Position numbers and translations under genes: made by a program
Assembly: GCF_024223415.1 (NCBI RefSeq)
Contig: NZ_CP100500.1
Length of the DNA stretch: 64,000 bases
Source: Escherichia coli
GTDB taxonomy: Bacteria; Pseudomonadota; Gammaproteobacteria; Enterobacterales; Enterobacteriaceae
Direction: 5' to 3' (one strand)
Shown here: positions 27,178 to 38,476 of the stretch, in pieces
Layout: the number at the start of each line of letters is the position of its first letter
How positions within the stretch are numbered: position 1 is the first letter of the stretch
Notes under the pieces: model-generated
What the model was told of the DNA's origin: nothing
Database searches by the model: none
The model's input: the letters and a program-made list of their open reading frames with translations, nothing else

Positions 27178-27753
27178 ATGGCCATACAGGGTCTTGAGCA
27201 GGCCGTTGAAAACCTCAGCCGTATCAGCAGAACGGCGGTGCCTGGTGCCGCCGCAATGGCCATTAACCGCGTGGCCACAACGGCGATTAATCAGTCTTCG
27301 TCTCAGGTCGCCCGTGAAACCCGGGTGCCGAGAAAACTTGTTAAAGAGCGATCCAGACTGAAACGGGCTACGGTCAGAAATCCGAACGCAAAAATTATCG
27401 TTAACCGCGGCGATCTTCCTGTGATTAAGCTGGGGATCAGGATGCTGGGACGTCGCCCGAACAGCATACTCAAAGCCGGTCAGCATCGTTATCAGCGGGC
27501 ATTCATCCAGCGACTGAATAATGGGCGCTGGCATGTTATGCAACGTCTGCCAGAAGCCAGGTATGCGAAGGGCAATGACGATAAGGGAAGGAAAAAGCGT
27601 AATCGTCTTCCCATTCAGGTGGTGAAAATTCCGATGTCGGCCCCACTGAAACAGGCTTTTGATGAGAACGTTAACCGTATCCGACGCGAACGTCTGCCAA
27701 AAGAACTGAGCTATGCGCTGAAACAACAACTGAGGATTGTGATAAAGCGATGA
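27178..27753 (+). CDS. Z: Tail completion protein (lambda gpZ-like)
   Basis: 191-aa ORF in the lambda Z position. Confidence 0.8.
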   Translation: MAIQGLEQAVENLSRISRTAVPGAAAMAINRVATTAINQSSSQVARETRVPRKLVKERSRLKRATVRNPNAKIIVNRGDLPVIKLGIRMLGRRPNSILKAGQHRYQRAFIQRLNNGRWHVMQRLPEARYAKGNDDKGRKKRNRLPIQVVKIPMSAPLKQAFDENVNRIRRERLPKELSYALKQQLRIVIKR

Positions 27754-28145
27754 AAAATACTGATATCCGTACAGCCGTACTGGATGCACTGGAGAAGCAT
27801 GACACCGGGGCGACGTTTTTTGATGGTCGCCCCGCTGTTTTTGATGAGGCGGATTTTCCGGCAGTTGCCGTTTATCTCACCGGCGCTGAATACACGGGCG
27901 AAGAGCTGGACAGCGATACCTGGCAGGCGGAGCTGCATATTGAAGTTTTCCTGCCTGCTCAGGTGCCGGATTCAGAGCTGGATTCGTGGATGGAGTCCCG
28001 GATTTATCCGGTGATGAGCGATATCCCGGCACTGTCAGATTTGATCACCAGTATGGTGGCCAGTGGCTATGACTACCGGCGCGACGATGATGCGGGCCTG
28101 TGGAGTTCAGCCGATCTGACTTATGTCATTACCTATGAAATGTGA
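27750..28145 (+). CDS. U: Tail terminator protein (lambda gpU-like)
   Basis: [55 protein letters not shown] closely resembles lambda U. Confidence 0.9.
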   Translation: MKNTDIRTAVLDALEKHDTGATFFDGRPAVFDEADFPAVAVYLTGAEYTGEELDSDTWQAELHIEVFLPAQVPDSELDSWMESRIYPVMSDIPALSDLITSMVASGYDYRRDDDAGLWSSADLTYVITYEM

Positions 28146-28152
28146 GGACGAT

Positions 28153-28905
28153 ATGCCAACACCAAATCCTCTGGCACCGGTGAAAGGGGCCGGGACCACA
28201 CTGTGGGTTTATAAGGGGAACGGTGACCCTTATGCGAATCCGCTTTCAGACAATGACTGGTCGCGTCTGGCTAAAGTTAAAGACCTGACGCCCGGCGAAC
28301 TGACCGCTGAGTCCTATGACGACAGTTATCTCGATGATGAAGATGCGGACTGGGCCGCGACCGGACAGGGGCAGAAATCCGCCGGAGATACCAGCTTCAC
28401 GCTGGCGTGGATGCCCGGAGAGCAGGGGCAGCAGGCGCTGCTGGCGTGGTTTAATGAAGGTGATACCCGTGCCTATAAAATCCGCTTCCCGAACGGCACG
28501 GTCGATGTGTTCCGCGGCTGGGTCAGCAGCATCGGTAAGGCGGTGACAGCGAAGGAAGTGATCACCCGCACGGTGAAAGTCACTAACGTGGGTAAACCTT
28601 CTGTAGCGGAAGAACGCAGCAAAATTACGCCGGTCAGTGCGATTAAGGTGACGCCGACATCCGGTACGGTGGCAAAAGGGAAAACAACCACCCTGACGGT
28701 TTCTTTTGAGCCGGAAAGTGCAACCGACAAGACGTTCAGAGCGGTTTCCGCCGATCCGTCGAAAGCCACCATTAGTGTGAAAGATATGACAATTACGGTA
28801 AACGGCGTGGCGACAGGTAAGGTGCAGATCCCTGTGGTGAGCGGAAATGGTCAGTTCGCCGCAGTGGCTGAAGTCACCGTTACTGAAGCGGGCGCTGCAG
28901 GGTAA
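28153..28905 (+). CDS. V: Major tail tube protein (lambda gpV-like) with C-terminal Ig-like domain
   Basis: [13 protein letters not shown] ... DPYANPLSD ... closely resembles lambda V; start ATG 28153. Confidence 0.9.
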   Translation: MPTPNPLAPVKGAGTTLWVYKGNGDPYANPLSDNDWSRLAKVKDLTPGELTAESYDDSYLDDEDADWAATGQGQKSAGDTSFTLAWMPGEQGQQALLAWFNEGDTRAYKIRFPNGTVDVFRGWVSSIGKAVTAKEVITRTVKVTNVGKPSVAEERSKITPVSAIKVTPTSGTVAKGKTTTLTVSFEPESATDKTFRAVSADPSKATISVKDMTITVNGVATGKVQIPVVSGNGQFAAVAEVTVTEAGAAG

Positions 28906-28918
28906 ACGGAGGTAATAC

Positions 28919-29341
28919 ATGTTTCTGAAAACAGAACAATTTGAATATAACGGTGTGTCTGTCACGCTTTCCGAATTGTCTGCGCTGCAGCGTATCGAGC
29001 ATCTTGCCCTCCTGAAACGGCGTGCAGAACAGGCAGAATCCAGCGGCAACCTGCAGGTAAGCGTGGAAGATCTCGTCAGAACCGGCGCGTTTCTGGTGGC
29101 GATGTCCCTGTGGCATAACCATCCACAGAAAACGCAGATGCCGTCCATGAATGAAGCCGTTAAACAGATTGAGCAGGAAGTGCTTACCACCTGGCCCACG
29201 CAGGCAATTTCTCATGCTCAAAACGTGGTGTACCGGCTGTCCGGAATGTATGAGTTTGTGGTGAATAATGCCCCTGAACAGACAGAGGACGCCGGGCCCG
29301 CAGAGCCTGTTTCTGCGGGAAAGTGTTCGACGGTGAGCTGA
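28919..29341 (+). CDS. G: Tail assembly chaperone G
   Basis: 140-aa ORF in the lambda G position. Confidence 0.8.
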   Translation: MFLKTEQFEYNGVSVTLSELSALQRIEHLALLKRRAEQAESSGNLQVSVEDLVRTGAFLVAMSLWHNHPQKTQMPSMNEAVKQIEQEVLTTWPTQAISHAQNVVYRLSGMYEFVVNNAPEQTEDAGPAEPVSAGKCSTVS

Positions 29342-29757
29342 GTTTTGCCCTGAAACTGGCGCGCGAGATGGGGCGACCCGACTGGCGCGCCATGCTTGCC
29401 GGGATGTCATCCACGGAGTATGCCGACTGGCACCGCTTTTACAGTACCCATTATTTTCATGATGTTCTGCTGGATATGCACTTTTCCGGGCTGACGTACA
29501 CCGTGCTCAGCCTGTTTTTCAGCGATCCGGATATGCATCCGCTGGATTTCAGTCTGCTGAACCGGCGCGAGGCTGACGAAGAGCCTGAAGATGATGTGCT
29601 GATGCAGAAAGCGGCAGGGCTTGCCGGAGGCGTCCGCTTTGGCCCGGACGGGAATGAAGTTATCCCTGCATCCCCGGATGTGGCGGACATGACGGAGGAT
29701 GACGTAATGCTGATGACAGTATCAGAAGGGATCGCAGGAGGAGTCCGGTATGGCTGA
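28919..29757 (+). CDS. T: Tail assembly chaperone G-T fusion made by programmed -1 ribosomal frameshift at GGGAAAG (29312..29318)
   Basis: Slippery heptamer GGGAAAG near the end of G, with the -1 frame open through 29757 (ORF track 29323..29757), as for the lambda G/gpGT frameshift. Confidence 0.7.
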
Positions 29758-32329
29758 ACCGGTAGGCGATCTGGTCGTTGATTTAAGTCTGGATGCGGCC
29801 AGGTTTGACGAGCAGATGGCCAGAGTCAGGCGTCATTTTTCCGGTACGGAAAGTGATGCGAAAAAAACAGCGGCAGTCGTTGAACAGTCAATGAACCGGC
29901 AGGCGCTGGCTGCACAGAAAGCGGGGATTTCCGTCGGACAGTATAAAGCCGCCATGCGTATGCTGCCTGCACAGTTCACCGACGTGGCCACACAGCTTGC
30001 AGGCGGGCAGAGTCCGTGGCTGATCCTGCTGCAACAGGGTGGTCAGGTGAAGGACTCCTTCGGCGGGATGATCCCCATGTTCAGGGGGCTTGCCGGTGCG
30101 ATCACCCTGCCGATGGTCGGGGCCACCTCGCTGGCGGTGGCGACCGGTGCGCTGGCGTATGCCTGGTATCAGGGCAACTCAACCCTGTCCGATTTCAACA
30201 AAACGCTGGTCCTTTCCGGCAATCAGGCGGGACTGACGGCAGATCGTATGCTGGTCCTGTCCAGAGCCGGGCAGGCGGCAGGGCTGACGTTTAACCAGAC
30301 CAGCGAGTCACTCAGCGCACTGGTTAAGGCGGGGGTAAGCGGTGAGGCTCAGATTGCGTCCATCAGCCAGAGTGTGGCGCGTTTCTCCTCTGCATCCGGC
30401 GTGGAGGTGGACAAGGTCGCTGAAGCCTTCGGGAAGCTGACCACAGACCCGACGTCGGGGCTGACGGCGATGGCGCGCCAGTTCCATAACGTGACGGCGG
30501 AGCAGATTGCGTATGTTGCTCAGTTGCAGCGTTCCGGCGATGAGGCAGGGGCATTGCAGGCGGCGAACGAGGCCGCAACGAAAGGGTTTGATGACCAGAC
30601 CCGCCGCCTGAAAGAGAACATGGGCACGCTGGAGACCTGGGCAGACAGGACAGCGCGGGCATTCAAATCCATGTGGGATGCGGTGCTGGATATTGGTCGC
30701 CCGGACACTGCCCGGGAAATGCTGGAGAAAGCAGAAAAGGCTTTTGATGAGGCGGACAAAAAATGGCAGTGGTATCAGAGCCGGAGCCACCGGCGCGGTA
30801 AAGCCTCAGCATTTCTTGCCAATCTCCGGGGAGCATGGGAGGACAGAGCGAATGCGCAACTTGGGCTTTCAGCCGCCACGTTGCAGGCCGATCTTGAAAA
30901 GGCCAGAGAGATGGCAGCAAAGGACTGGGCCGACTCTGAGGCATCACGGCTGAAATATACCGAAGAGGCGCAGAAGGCTTACGAACGCCTGCAGACGCCG
31001 CTGGAGAAATATACCGCCCGTCAGGAAGAACTGAACAAGGCACTGAAAGACGGAAAAATCCTGCAGGCAGATTACAACACGCTGATGGCGGCGGCGAAAA
31101 AGGATTATGAAGCGACGCTGAAAAAGCCGAAACAGTCCGGCGTGAAGGTGTCTGCGGGCGATCGTCAGGAAGACAGTGCTCATGCCGCCCTGCTGACGCT
31201 TCAGGCAGAACTCCGGACGCTGGAGAAGCATGCCGGAGCAAATGAGAAAATCAGCCAGCAGCGCCGGGATTTGTGGAAGGCGGAGAGTCAGTTCGCGGTA
31301 CTGGAGGAGGCGGCGCAACGTCGCCAGCTGTCTGCACAGGAGAAATCCCTGCTGGCGCATAAAGATGAGACGCTGGAGTACAAACGCCAGCTGGCTGCAC
31401 TTGGCGACAAGGTTACGTATCAGGAGCGCCTGAACGCGCTGGCGCAGCAGGCGGATAAATTCGCACAGCAGCAACGGGCAAAACGGGCCGCCATTGATGC
31501 GAAAAGCCGGGGGCTGACTGACCGGCAGACAGAACGGGAAGCCACGGAACAGCGCCTGAAGGAACAGTATGGCGATAATCCGCTGGCGCTGAATAACGTC
31601 ATGTCAGAGCAGAAAAAGACCTGGGCGGCTGAAGACCAGCTTCGCGGGAACTGGATGGCAGGCCTGAAGTCCGGCTGGAGTGAGTGGGAAGAGAGCGCCA
31701 CGGACAGTATGTCGCAGGTAAAAAGTGCAGCCACGCAGACCTTTGATGGAATTGCACAGAATATGGCGGCGATGCTGACCGGCAGTGAGCAGAACTGGCG
31801 CAGCTTCACCCGTTCCGTGCTGTCCATGATGACAGAAATTCTGCTTAAGCAGGCAATGGTGGGGATTGTCGGGAGTATCGGCAGCGTCATTGGCGGTGCT
31901 GCCGGTGGTGGCGCATCAGTGTCAGGCGGTACAGCCATTCAGGCTGCTGCGGCAAAATTCCATTTTGCGACCGGAGGATTTACGGGAACCGGCGGCAAAT
32001 ATGAGCCAGCGGGGATTGTTCACCGTGGTGAATTTGTCTTCACGAAGGAGGCAACCAGCCGGATTGGCGTGGGGAATCTCTACCGGCTGATGCGCGGCTA
32101 TGCCACTGGTGGTTATGTCGGTGGCACCGGAAGTCCGGCGCAGATGCGGCGGGCTGAAGGCATTAATTTTAATCAGAACAATCACGTGGTGATTCAGAAC
32201 GACGGTACGAATGGTCTGCCAGGTCCACAGATGATGAAGGCAGTGTATGACATGGCCCGCAAGGGTGCCCGTGATGAAATTCAGGCACAGATGCGCGATG
32301 GTGGTCTGTTCTCCGGAGGTGGACGATGA
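29750..32329 (+). CDS. H: Tail tape-measure protein (lambda gpH-like)
   Basis: 859-aa ORF in the lambda H position with coiled-coil-rich middle and Gly-rich C-terminal region. Confidence 0.9.
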   Translation: MAEPVGDLVVDLSLDAARFDEQMARVRRHFSGTESDAKKTAAVVEQSMNRQALAAQKAGISVGQYKAAMRMLPAQFTDVATQLAGGQSPWLILLQQGGQVKDSFGGMIPMFRGLAGAITLPMVGATSLAVATGALAYAWYQGNSTLSDFNKTLVLSGNQAGLTADRMLVLSRAGQAAGLTFNQTSESLSALVKAGVSGEAQIASISQSVARFSSASGVEVDKVAEAFGKLTTDPTSGLTAMARQFHNVTAEQIAYVAQLQRSGDEAGALQAANEAATKGFDDQTRRLKENMGTLETWADRTARAFKSMWDAVLDIGRPDTAREMLEKAEKAFDEADKKWQWYQSRSHRRGKASAFLANLRGAWEDRANAQLGLSAATLQADLEKAREMAAKDWADSEASRLKYTEEAQKAYERLQTPLEKYTARQEELNKALKDGKILQADYNTLMAAAKKDYEATLKKPKQSGVKVSAGDRQEDSAHAALLTLQAELRTLEKHAGANEKISQQRRDLWKAESQFAVLEEAAQRRQLSAQEKSLLAHKDETLEYKRQLAALGDKVTYQERLNALAQQADKFAQQQRAKRAAIDAKSRGLTDRQTEREATEQRLKEQYGDNPLALNNVMSEQKKTWAAEDQLRGNWMAGLKSGWSEWEESATDSMSQVKSAATQTFDGIAQNMAAMLTGSEQNWRSFTRSVLSMMTEILLKQAMVGIVGSIGSVIGGAAGGGASVSGGTAIQAAAAKFHFATGGFTGTGGKYEPAGIVHRGEFVFTKEATSRIGVGNLYRLMRGYATGGYVGGTGSPAQMRRAEGINFNQNNHVVIQNDGTNGLPGPQMMKAVYDMARKGARDEIQAQMRDGGLFSGGGR

Positions 32330-32655
32330 AGACCTTCCGCTGGAAAGTGAAACCCGGTATGGATGTGGCTTCGGCCCCTTCCGTCAGGAAAGTGCGCTTT
32401 GGTGATGGCTATTCCCAGCGAGCGCCTGCCGGGCTGAATGCCGACCTGAAAACGTACAGCGTGACGCTTTCTGTCCCCCGTGAGGAGGCCACGGCGCTGG
32501 AGTCGTTTCTGGCTGAGCACGGGGGCTGGAAGGCCTTTCTGTGGACGCCGCCTTATGAGTGGCGGCAGATAAAGGTGACCTGCGCAAAATGGTCGTCGCG
32601 GGTCAGTATGCTGCGTGTTGAGTTCAGCGCAGAGTTTGAACAGGTGGTGAACTGA
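32326..32655 (+). CDS. M: Minor tail protein M
   Basis: 109-aa ORF in the lambda M position. Confidence 0.8.
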   Translation: MKTFRWKVKPGMDVASAPSVRKVRFGDGYSQRAPAGLNADLKTYSVTLSVPREEATALESFLAEHGGWKAFLWTPPYEWRQIKVTCAKWSSRVSMLRVEFSAEFEQVVN

Positions 32656-33353
32656 TGCAGGATATCCGGCAGGAAACACTGAATGAATGCACCCGTGCGG
32701 AGCAGTCGGCCAGCGTGGTGCTCTGGGAAATCGATCTGACAGAGGTCGGTGGCGAACGTTATTTTTTCTGTAATGAGCAGAACGAAAAAGGTGAGCCGGT
32801 CACCTGGCAGGAGCGGCAGTATCAGCCGTATCCCATTCAGGGGAGTGGTTTTGAACTGAATGGCAAAGGCACCAGTACGCGCCCCACGCTGACGGTTTCT
32901 AACCTGTACGGTATGGTCACCGGTATGGTGGAAGATATGCAGAGTCTGGTCGGCGGAACGGTGGTCCGGCGTAAAGTTTATGCCCGTTTTCTGGATGCGG
33001 TGAACTTCGTCAACGGAAACAGTGACGCCGATCCGGAGCAGGAGGTTATCAGCCGCTGGCGCATCGAGCAGTGCAGTGATTTGACAGCGGTCAGCGCGAC
33101 CTTTGTACTGGCCACGCCGACGGAAACGGACGGCGCTGTTTTTCCGGGACGTATTATGCTGGCCAACACCTGCACCTGGACCTATCGCGGTGACGAGTGC
33201 GGTTATAGCGGTCCGGCGGTCGCGGATGAATATGATCAGCCGACGTCCGATATCACGAAGGATAAATGCAGCAAATGCCTGAGCGGCTGTAAGTTTCGCA
33301 ATAACGTCGGCAACTTTGGCGGCTTCCTTTCCATTCACAAACTTTCGCAGTAA
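32655..33353 (+). CDS. L: Minor tail protein L
   Basis: 232-aa ORF with C-terminal cysteine cluster, lambda L position. Confidence 0.8.
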   Translation: MQDIRQETLNECTRAEQSASVVLWEIDLTEVGGERYFFCNEQNEKGEPVTWQERQYQPYPIQGSGFELNGKGTSTRPTLTVSNLYGMVTGMVEDMQSLVGGTVVRRKVYARFLDAVNFVNGNSDADPEQEVISRWRIEQCSDLTAVSATFVLATPTETDGAVFPGRIMLANTCTWTYRGDECGYSGPAVADEYDQPTSDITKDKCSKCLSGCKFRNNVGNFGGFLSIHKLSQ

Positions 33354-33357
33354 TTCC

Positions 33358-34101
33358 ATGACAGAGACAGAATCAGCGATTCTGGCGCACGCCCGGCGAT
33401 GTGCGCCAGCGGAGTCGTGCGGCTTCGTGGTGAGAGCGCCGGAGGGGGAAAGATATTTCCCCTGCGTGAATATCTCCGGTGAGCCGGAGGCGTATTTCCG
33501 GATGTCGCCGGAGGACTGGCTGCAGGCAGAGATGCAGGGTGAGATTGTGGCGCTGGTCCACAGTCACCCCGGTGGTCTGCCCTGGCTGAGTGAGGCCGAC
33601 CGGCGGCTGCAGGTGCAGAGTGATTTGCCGTGGTGGCTGGTCTGCCGGGGGGCGATTCACAAGTTCCGCTGTGTGCCGCATCTCACCGGGCGGTGCTTTG
33701 AGCACGGGGTGACGGACTGTTACACGCTGTTCCGGGATGCTTACCATCTGGCGGGAATTGAGATGCCGGATTTTCATCGCGGGGATGACTGGTGGCGTAA
33801 CGGTCAGAATCTCTATCTTGACAATATGGAGGCGACTGGTTTTTACCGTGTCGCACTGACAGAGGCGCAGCCCGGCGACGTGCTGCTGTGCTGTTTTGGT
33901 TCATCGGTGCCGAATCATGCCGCCATTTACTGCGGCGACGGCGGGCTGCTGCACCATATTCCTGAACAACTGAGCAAACGAGAGAGGTATACCGACAAAT
34001 GGCAGCGACGCACACACTCCCTCTGGCGTCACCGGGCATGGCACGCATCTGCCTTTACGGGGATTTGCAACGATTTGGCCGCCGCATCGACCTTCGTGTG
34101 A
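33358..34101 (+). CDS. K: Tail assembly protein K (JAB/MPN plus NlpC/P60-like domains)
   Basis: HSHP motif (JAB) and later Cys/His region; lambda K position; start ATG 33358. Confidence 0.8.
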   Translation: MTETESAILAHARRCAPAESCGFVVRAPEGERYFPCVNISGEPEAYFRMSPEDWLQAEMQGEIVALVHSHPGGLPWLSEADRRLQVQSDLPWWLVCRGAIHKFRCVPHLTGRCFEHGVTDCYTLFRDAYHLAGIEMPDFHRGDDWWRNGQNLYLDNMEATGFYRVALTEAQPGDVLLCCFGSSVPNHAAIYCGDGGLLHHIPEQLSKRERYTDKWQRRTHSLWRHRAWHASAFTGICNDLAAASTFV

Positions 34102-34646
34102 AAACGGGAGCCGAAGCCATCCGGGCGCTGGCCACGCAGCTCCCTGCGTTTCGTCAGAAACTGAGCGACGGCTGGTATCAGGTGCGTATTGCCGGGCGTG
34201 ATACAGGCGAAAACGAATTATCAGCCCGTCTTAATGAACCGCTGGCAAATGGTGCCGTGATCCACATCGTGCCGCGTCTGGCGGGAGCCAAACGTGGTGG
34301 TGTGTTTCAGGCAGTGCTGGGCGCGGCGCTGATTGCGGTGGCATGGTGGAACCCTGCAGGCTGGCTGGGGGCTGCGGCTTTATCGGGCATGTATGCGGCA
34401 GGGGCCAGTATGGTGCTCGGTGGTGTGGCGCAGATGCTGGCACCGAAAGCCAGAATGCCCGGAGTATCAGCCACGGATAACGGCAAACAGAACACCTATT
34501 TCTCCTCACTGGAAAACATGGTTGCCCAGGGGAATGCTCTGCCCGTTCTGTACGGTGAAATGCGCGTGGGGTCACGGGTAATTTCGCAGGAGATCAGCAC
34601 AGCGGATGAGGGGGATGGCGTCCGGGTTGTGGTGATTGGTCGCTGA
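33999..34646 (+). CDS. I: Tail assembly protein I
   Basis: 215-aa ORF in the lambda I position. Confidence 0.75.
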   Translation: MAATHTLPLASPGMARICLYGDLQRFGRRIDLRVKTGAEAIRALATQLPAFRQKLSDGWYQVRIAGRDTGENELSARLNEPLANGAVIHIVPRLAGAKRGGVFQAVLGAALIAVAWWNPAGWLGAAALSGMYAAGASMVLGGVAQMLAPKARMPGVSATDNGKQNTYFSSLENMVAQGNALPVLYGEMRVGSRVISQEISTADEGDGVRVVVIGR

Positions 34647-34706
34647 TGAAAAACGTTTTATGTGAAACCGCCTCCGGGCGGTTTTGTCGTTTATGGAGCG
34701 TGAGGA

Positions 34707-37700
34707 ATGGGTAAAGGCAGCAGTAAGGGGCATACCCCGCGCGAAGCGAAGGACAACCTGAAGTCCACGCAGTTGCTGAGTGTGATCGATGTCATCAGCG
34801 AAGGGCCGATACAAGGACCGGTGGATGGATTAAAAAGCGTGCTGCTGAACGGTACGCCGGTGCTGGACAGTGAGGGGAATACCAATATATCCGGCGTCAC
34901 GGTGGTATTCCGGGCCGGTGAGCAGGAGCAGACGCCGCCGGAGGGATTTGAATCCTCCGGCTCCGAGACGGTGCTGGGTACGGAAGTGAAGTACGACACG
35001 CCGATTACCCGGACCATCACGTCGGCAAACATCGACCGTCTGCGCCTGACCTTCGGTGTGCAGGCACTGGTGGAAACCACCTCAAAGGGGGACCGGAATC
35101 CGTCGGAAGTCCGCCTGCTGGTTCAGATACAGCGTAACGGTCGCTGGTTAACGGAAAAAGACATCACCATTAAGGGAAAAACCACTTCACAGTATCTGGC
35201 TTCGGTGGTGGTGGATAACCTGCCGCCGCGCCCGTTCAGTATCCGGATGCGCAGGATGACACCGGACAGCACCACAGACCAGCTGCAGAACAAAACGCTC
35301 TGGTCGTCATACACCGAAATCATCGATGTGAAACAGTGCTACCCGAACACGGCACTGGTCGGTGTGCAGGTGGATTCGGAGGAGTTCGGCAGCCAGCAGG
35401 TGAGCCGTAATTATCATTTTCGCGGGCGCATTCTGCAGGTGCCGTCGAACTATAACCCGCAGACGCGGCAATACAGCGGTATCTGGGACGGAACGTTTAA
35501 ACCGGCATACAGCGATAACCCGGCCTGGTGTCTGTGGGATATGCTGACCCACCCGCGCTACGGCATGGGGAAACGTGTTGGCGCAGCGGATGTGGACAAA
35601 TGGGCGCTGTATGTCATCGGCCAGTACTGCGACCAGTCGGTGCCGGACGGCTCTGGTGGCACGGAGCCGCGCATCACCTGTAATGCCTGGCTGACCAGGC
35701 AGCGTAAGGCGTGGGATGTGCTCAGTGATTTCTGCTCGGCGATGCGCTGTATGCCGGTATGGAACGGGCAGACGCTGACGTTCGTGCAGGACCGACCGTC
35801 GGATAAGGTGTGGACCTATAACCGCAGTAATGTGGTGATGCCGGATGATGGCGCGCCGTTCCGCTACAGCTTCAGCGCCCTGAAGGACCGCCATAATGCC
35901 GTTGAGGTGAACTGGAGTGACCCGGATAACGGCCAGGAGACGGCGACAGAGCTTGTGGAGGACACGCAGGCCATTGCCCGTTACGGTCGTAACGTCACGA
36001 AGATGGATGCCTTTGGCTGTACCAGCCGGGGGCAGGCACACCGCGCCGGGCTGTGGCTGATTAAAACAGAACTGCTGGAGACGCAGACCGTGGATTTCAG
36101 CGTGGGTGCTGAAGGGCTTCGCCATGTACCGGGCGATGTCATTGAAATCTGTGATGATGACTATGCCGGTATCAGCACCGGTGGTCGTGTGCTGGCGGTG
36201 AACAGCCAGACCCGGACGCTGACGCTCGACCGTGAAATCACGCTGCCATCCTCCGGTACCACGCTGATAAGTCTGGTTGACGGAAGTGGCAATCCGGTCA
36301 GCGTGGAGGTTCAGTCCGTCACCGACGGCGTGAAGGTAAAAGTGAGCCGGGTTCCTGACGGCGTTGCCGAGTACAGCGTGTGGGGGCTGAAGCTGCCGAC
36401 GCTGCGCCAGCGCCTGTTCCGCTGCGTGAGTATCCGTGAGAACGACGACGGCACGTATGCCATCACTGCCGTGCAGCATGTACCGGAAAAAGAGGCCATC
36501 GTGGATAACGGGGCGCACTTTGACGGCGACCAGAGCGGAACGGTGAATGGTGTCACGCCGCCAGCGGTGCAGCACCTGACCGCAGAAGTCACCGCAGACA
36601 GCGGGGAATATCAGGTGCTGGCGCGCTGGGACACGCCGAAGGTGGTGAAGGGCGTGAGCTTCCTGCTTCGCCTGACCGTGGCCGCGGATGACGGCAGTGA
36701 GCGGCTGGTCAGCACGGCCCGGACGACGGAAACCACATACCGCTTCAGGCAGCTGGCGCCGGGGAACTACAGGCTGACAGTCCGGGCAGTAAATTCCCGG
36801 GGGCAGCAGGGAGACCCGGCGTCGGTATCGTTCCGGATTGCCGCACCGGCAGCGCCGTCGCGGATTGAGCTGACGCCGGGCTATTTTCAGATAACCGCCA
36901 CGCCGCATCTTGCCGTTTATGATCCGACGGTACAGTTTGAGTTCTGGTTTTCGGAAAAGCGGATTACCGATATCAGGCAGGTTGAAACCACAGCCCGTTA
37001 TCTTGGTACCGGAAGTCAGTGGCTTGTCTCCGGCCAGAATATTAAACCTGGCCATGATTATTACTTTTATATCCGCAGTGTTAACACTGTCGGTAAATCG
37101 GCATTCGTGGAGGCAGTCGGTCGGGCGAGTAATGATCCTGCCGGTTACCTTAATTTTTTCAGGGGGGCGATAAATAAAACGCATCTGGGACGGGAGATCA
37201 ATGAACGCATTGATGCCTCTGCACTGCGCACTGAAGTTGAGCAACTGGAGAATGAGATTAACCGCGAAATGACGCAGCTGGAGAAAGATGTGAGGCAGCG
37301 TGCGGAGCGTGATATCGCCGAGGTGACGAAAAAAATCACGGCGTCTGAAAACAGCATAACGGAACTGGTGGCGAAAAAGAGCGGTGAACAGTCGCTGGCC
37401 ATTGCGAAAGTCGACAGGAAAGTTGACAGCGTGAGCAGTGAAATCCGGCAGACAGTGAGCAGGAGCACGGAGGAGAACAGCCGACAGATAGCGCAGGTCA
37501 GGCAGTATGTTGATGATAAAAGTGCGCAAATAAGTACTGTTGTGGCGAAAAAGAGCGCTGAACAGTCAATGGCCATTGCGGAAGTTGACAGAAAAGTTGA
37601 CAGGATGGGAAGCGAAATCCGGCAGACAGTAAGCAGGAGCACGGAGGAGAACAGCCGACAGATAGCGCAGATCAGACAGTATGTTGATGATAAGGGAAGT

Positions 37701-38216
37701 CAGATCAAACAGAGCACGGATAAAAAACTGGGATCCTGGAATGCCAGCATTGAGCAGATACAGAAAGTTCAGGAGGACACGCGCCGGAACCTGAACAGCA
37801 TGTGGGCTGTGAAGCTGCAGCAGACACGGGATGGACGTCTCTATATTGCAGGTATTGGTGCCGGAATCGAAAATACGTCTGACGGAATTCAGAGTCAGAT
37901 CCTGATGCAGGCAGATCGTATTGCGATGATTAACCCGGAAAATGGCAATACAACACCTTTGTTTGTGGCTCAGGGTGATCAGCTGTTCATGAATGATGTT
38001 TTCATGAAAAAACTGACCGTGGATTTTGCCAGAGTGACGGGAGATATCCGGTCAGATAATTTTCATTCCGGTAGTCCGGGGTGGCGTTTATCAAGAAACG
38101 GCAGCCTTGAAATTAACTCAGGAAGGCCCGGCGCAGGCCGCCTGTTTTTCAATGGCGAGCGAATCGACGTATATGACGATAACAATGTGTTAAGAGTACG
38201 ACTGGGGAGACTGTAA
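34707..38216 (+). CDS. J: Central tail fibre / host-specificity protein (lambda gpJ-like) with an internal ~174-bp tandem duplication (about 37368..37716) and a C-terminal region I cannot match to lambda J
   Basis: 1169-aa ORF in the lambda J position; tandem repeat read directly. Confidence 0.85.
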   Translation: MGKGSSKGHTPREAKDNLKSTQLLSVIDVISEGPIQGPVDGLKSVLLNGTPVLDSEGNTNISGVTVVFRAGEQEQTPPEGFESSGSETVLGTEVKYDTPITRTITSANIDRLRLTFGVQALVETTSKGDRNPSEVRLLVQIQRNGRWLTEKDITIKGKTTSQYLASVVVDNLPPRPFSIRMRRMTPDSTTDQLQNKTLWSSYTEIIDVKQCYPNTALVGVQVDSEEFGSQQVSRNYHFRGRILQVPSNYNPQTRQYSGIWDGTFKPAYSDNPAWCLWDMLTHPRYGMGKRVGAADVDKWALYVIGQYCDQSVPDGSGGTEPRITCNAWLTRQRKAWDVLSDFCSAMRCMPVWNGQTLTFVQDRPSDKVWTYNRSNVVMPDDGAPFRYSFSALKDRHNAVEVNWSDPDNGQETATELVEDTQAIARYGRNVTKMDAFGCTSRGQAHRAGLWLIKTELLETQTVDFSVGAEGLRHVPGDVIEICDDDYAGISTGGRVLAVNSQTRTLTLDREITLPSSGTTLISLVDGSGNPVSVEVQSVTDGVKVKVSRVPDGVAEYSVWGLKLPTLRQRLFRCVSIRENDDGTYAITAVQHVPEKEAIVDNGAHFDGDQSGTVNGVTPPAVQHLTAEVTADSGEYQVLARWDTPKVVKGVSFLLRLTVAADDGSERLVSTARTTETTYRFRQLAPGNYRLTVRAVNSRGQQGDPASVSFRIAAPAAPSRIELTPGYFQITATPHLAVYDPTVQFEFWFSEKRITDIRQVETTARYLGTGSQWLVSGQNIKPGHDYYFYIRSVNTVGKSAFVEAVGRASNDPAGYLNFFRGAINKTHLGREINERIDASALRTEVEQLENEINREMTQLEKDVRQRAERDIAEVTKKITASENSITELVAKKSGEQSLAIAKVDRKVDSVSSEIRQTVSRSTEENSRQIAQVRQYVDDKSAQISTVVAKKSAEQSMAIAEVDRKVDRMGSEIRQTVSRSTEENSRQIAQIRQYVDDKGSQIKQSTDKKLGSWNASIEQIQKVQEDTRRNLNSMWAVKLQQTRDGRLYIAGIGAGIENTSDGIQSQILMQADRIAMINPENGNTTPLFVAQGDQLFMNDVFMKKLTVDFARVTGDIRSDNFHSGSPGWRLSRNGSLEINSGRPGAGRLFFNGERIDVYDDNNVLRVRLGRL

Positions 38217-38476
38217 TGTTCGGAGTCCGGGTATGGCGCAAAGGGCGCCTTGTGACACATGAAATAAACCCAACAGGGGTGCTGGATGTGATCACTGAAG
38301 GGACGGGGCAGCGTTCTTATACTCCTTTGCAGGGCTGGCGTCTGGAAGTCTGTTCACCGGCCATTCTGATTAACGGTCAGGGAAGTCATACCAGTGCCAG
38401 TGTATCCGGCTGGACAGTGCACTATGCCAACACAAGCTGGCTAAGACCCGTGCTGGTCATGATAAGGGGGATCTGA
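38216..38476 (+). CDS. Hypothetical protein downstream of J
   Basis: 86-aa ORF, start overlapping the J stop. Confidence 0.4.
   Translation: MFGVRVWRKGRLVTHEINPTGVLDVITEGTGQRSYTPLQGWRLEVCSPAILINGQGSHTSASVSGWTVHYANTSWLRPVLVMIRGI

Noticed and set aside
28246-29410. Minus-strand ORFs of 317 and 176 aa
   Set aside because: Antisense to the V and G tail genes; no independent support.
35307-37529. 740-aa ORF on the minus strand
   Set aside because: It lies entirely antisense to the J tail-fibre gene, whose plus-strand product resembles lambda J throughout; long antisense ORFs are expected in GC-rich coding sequence.
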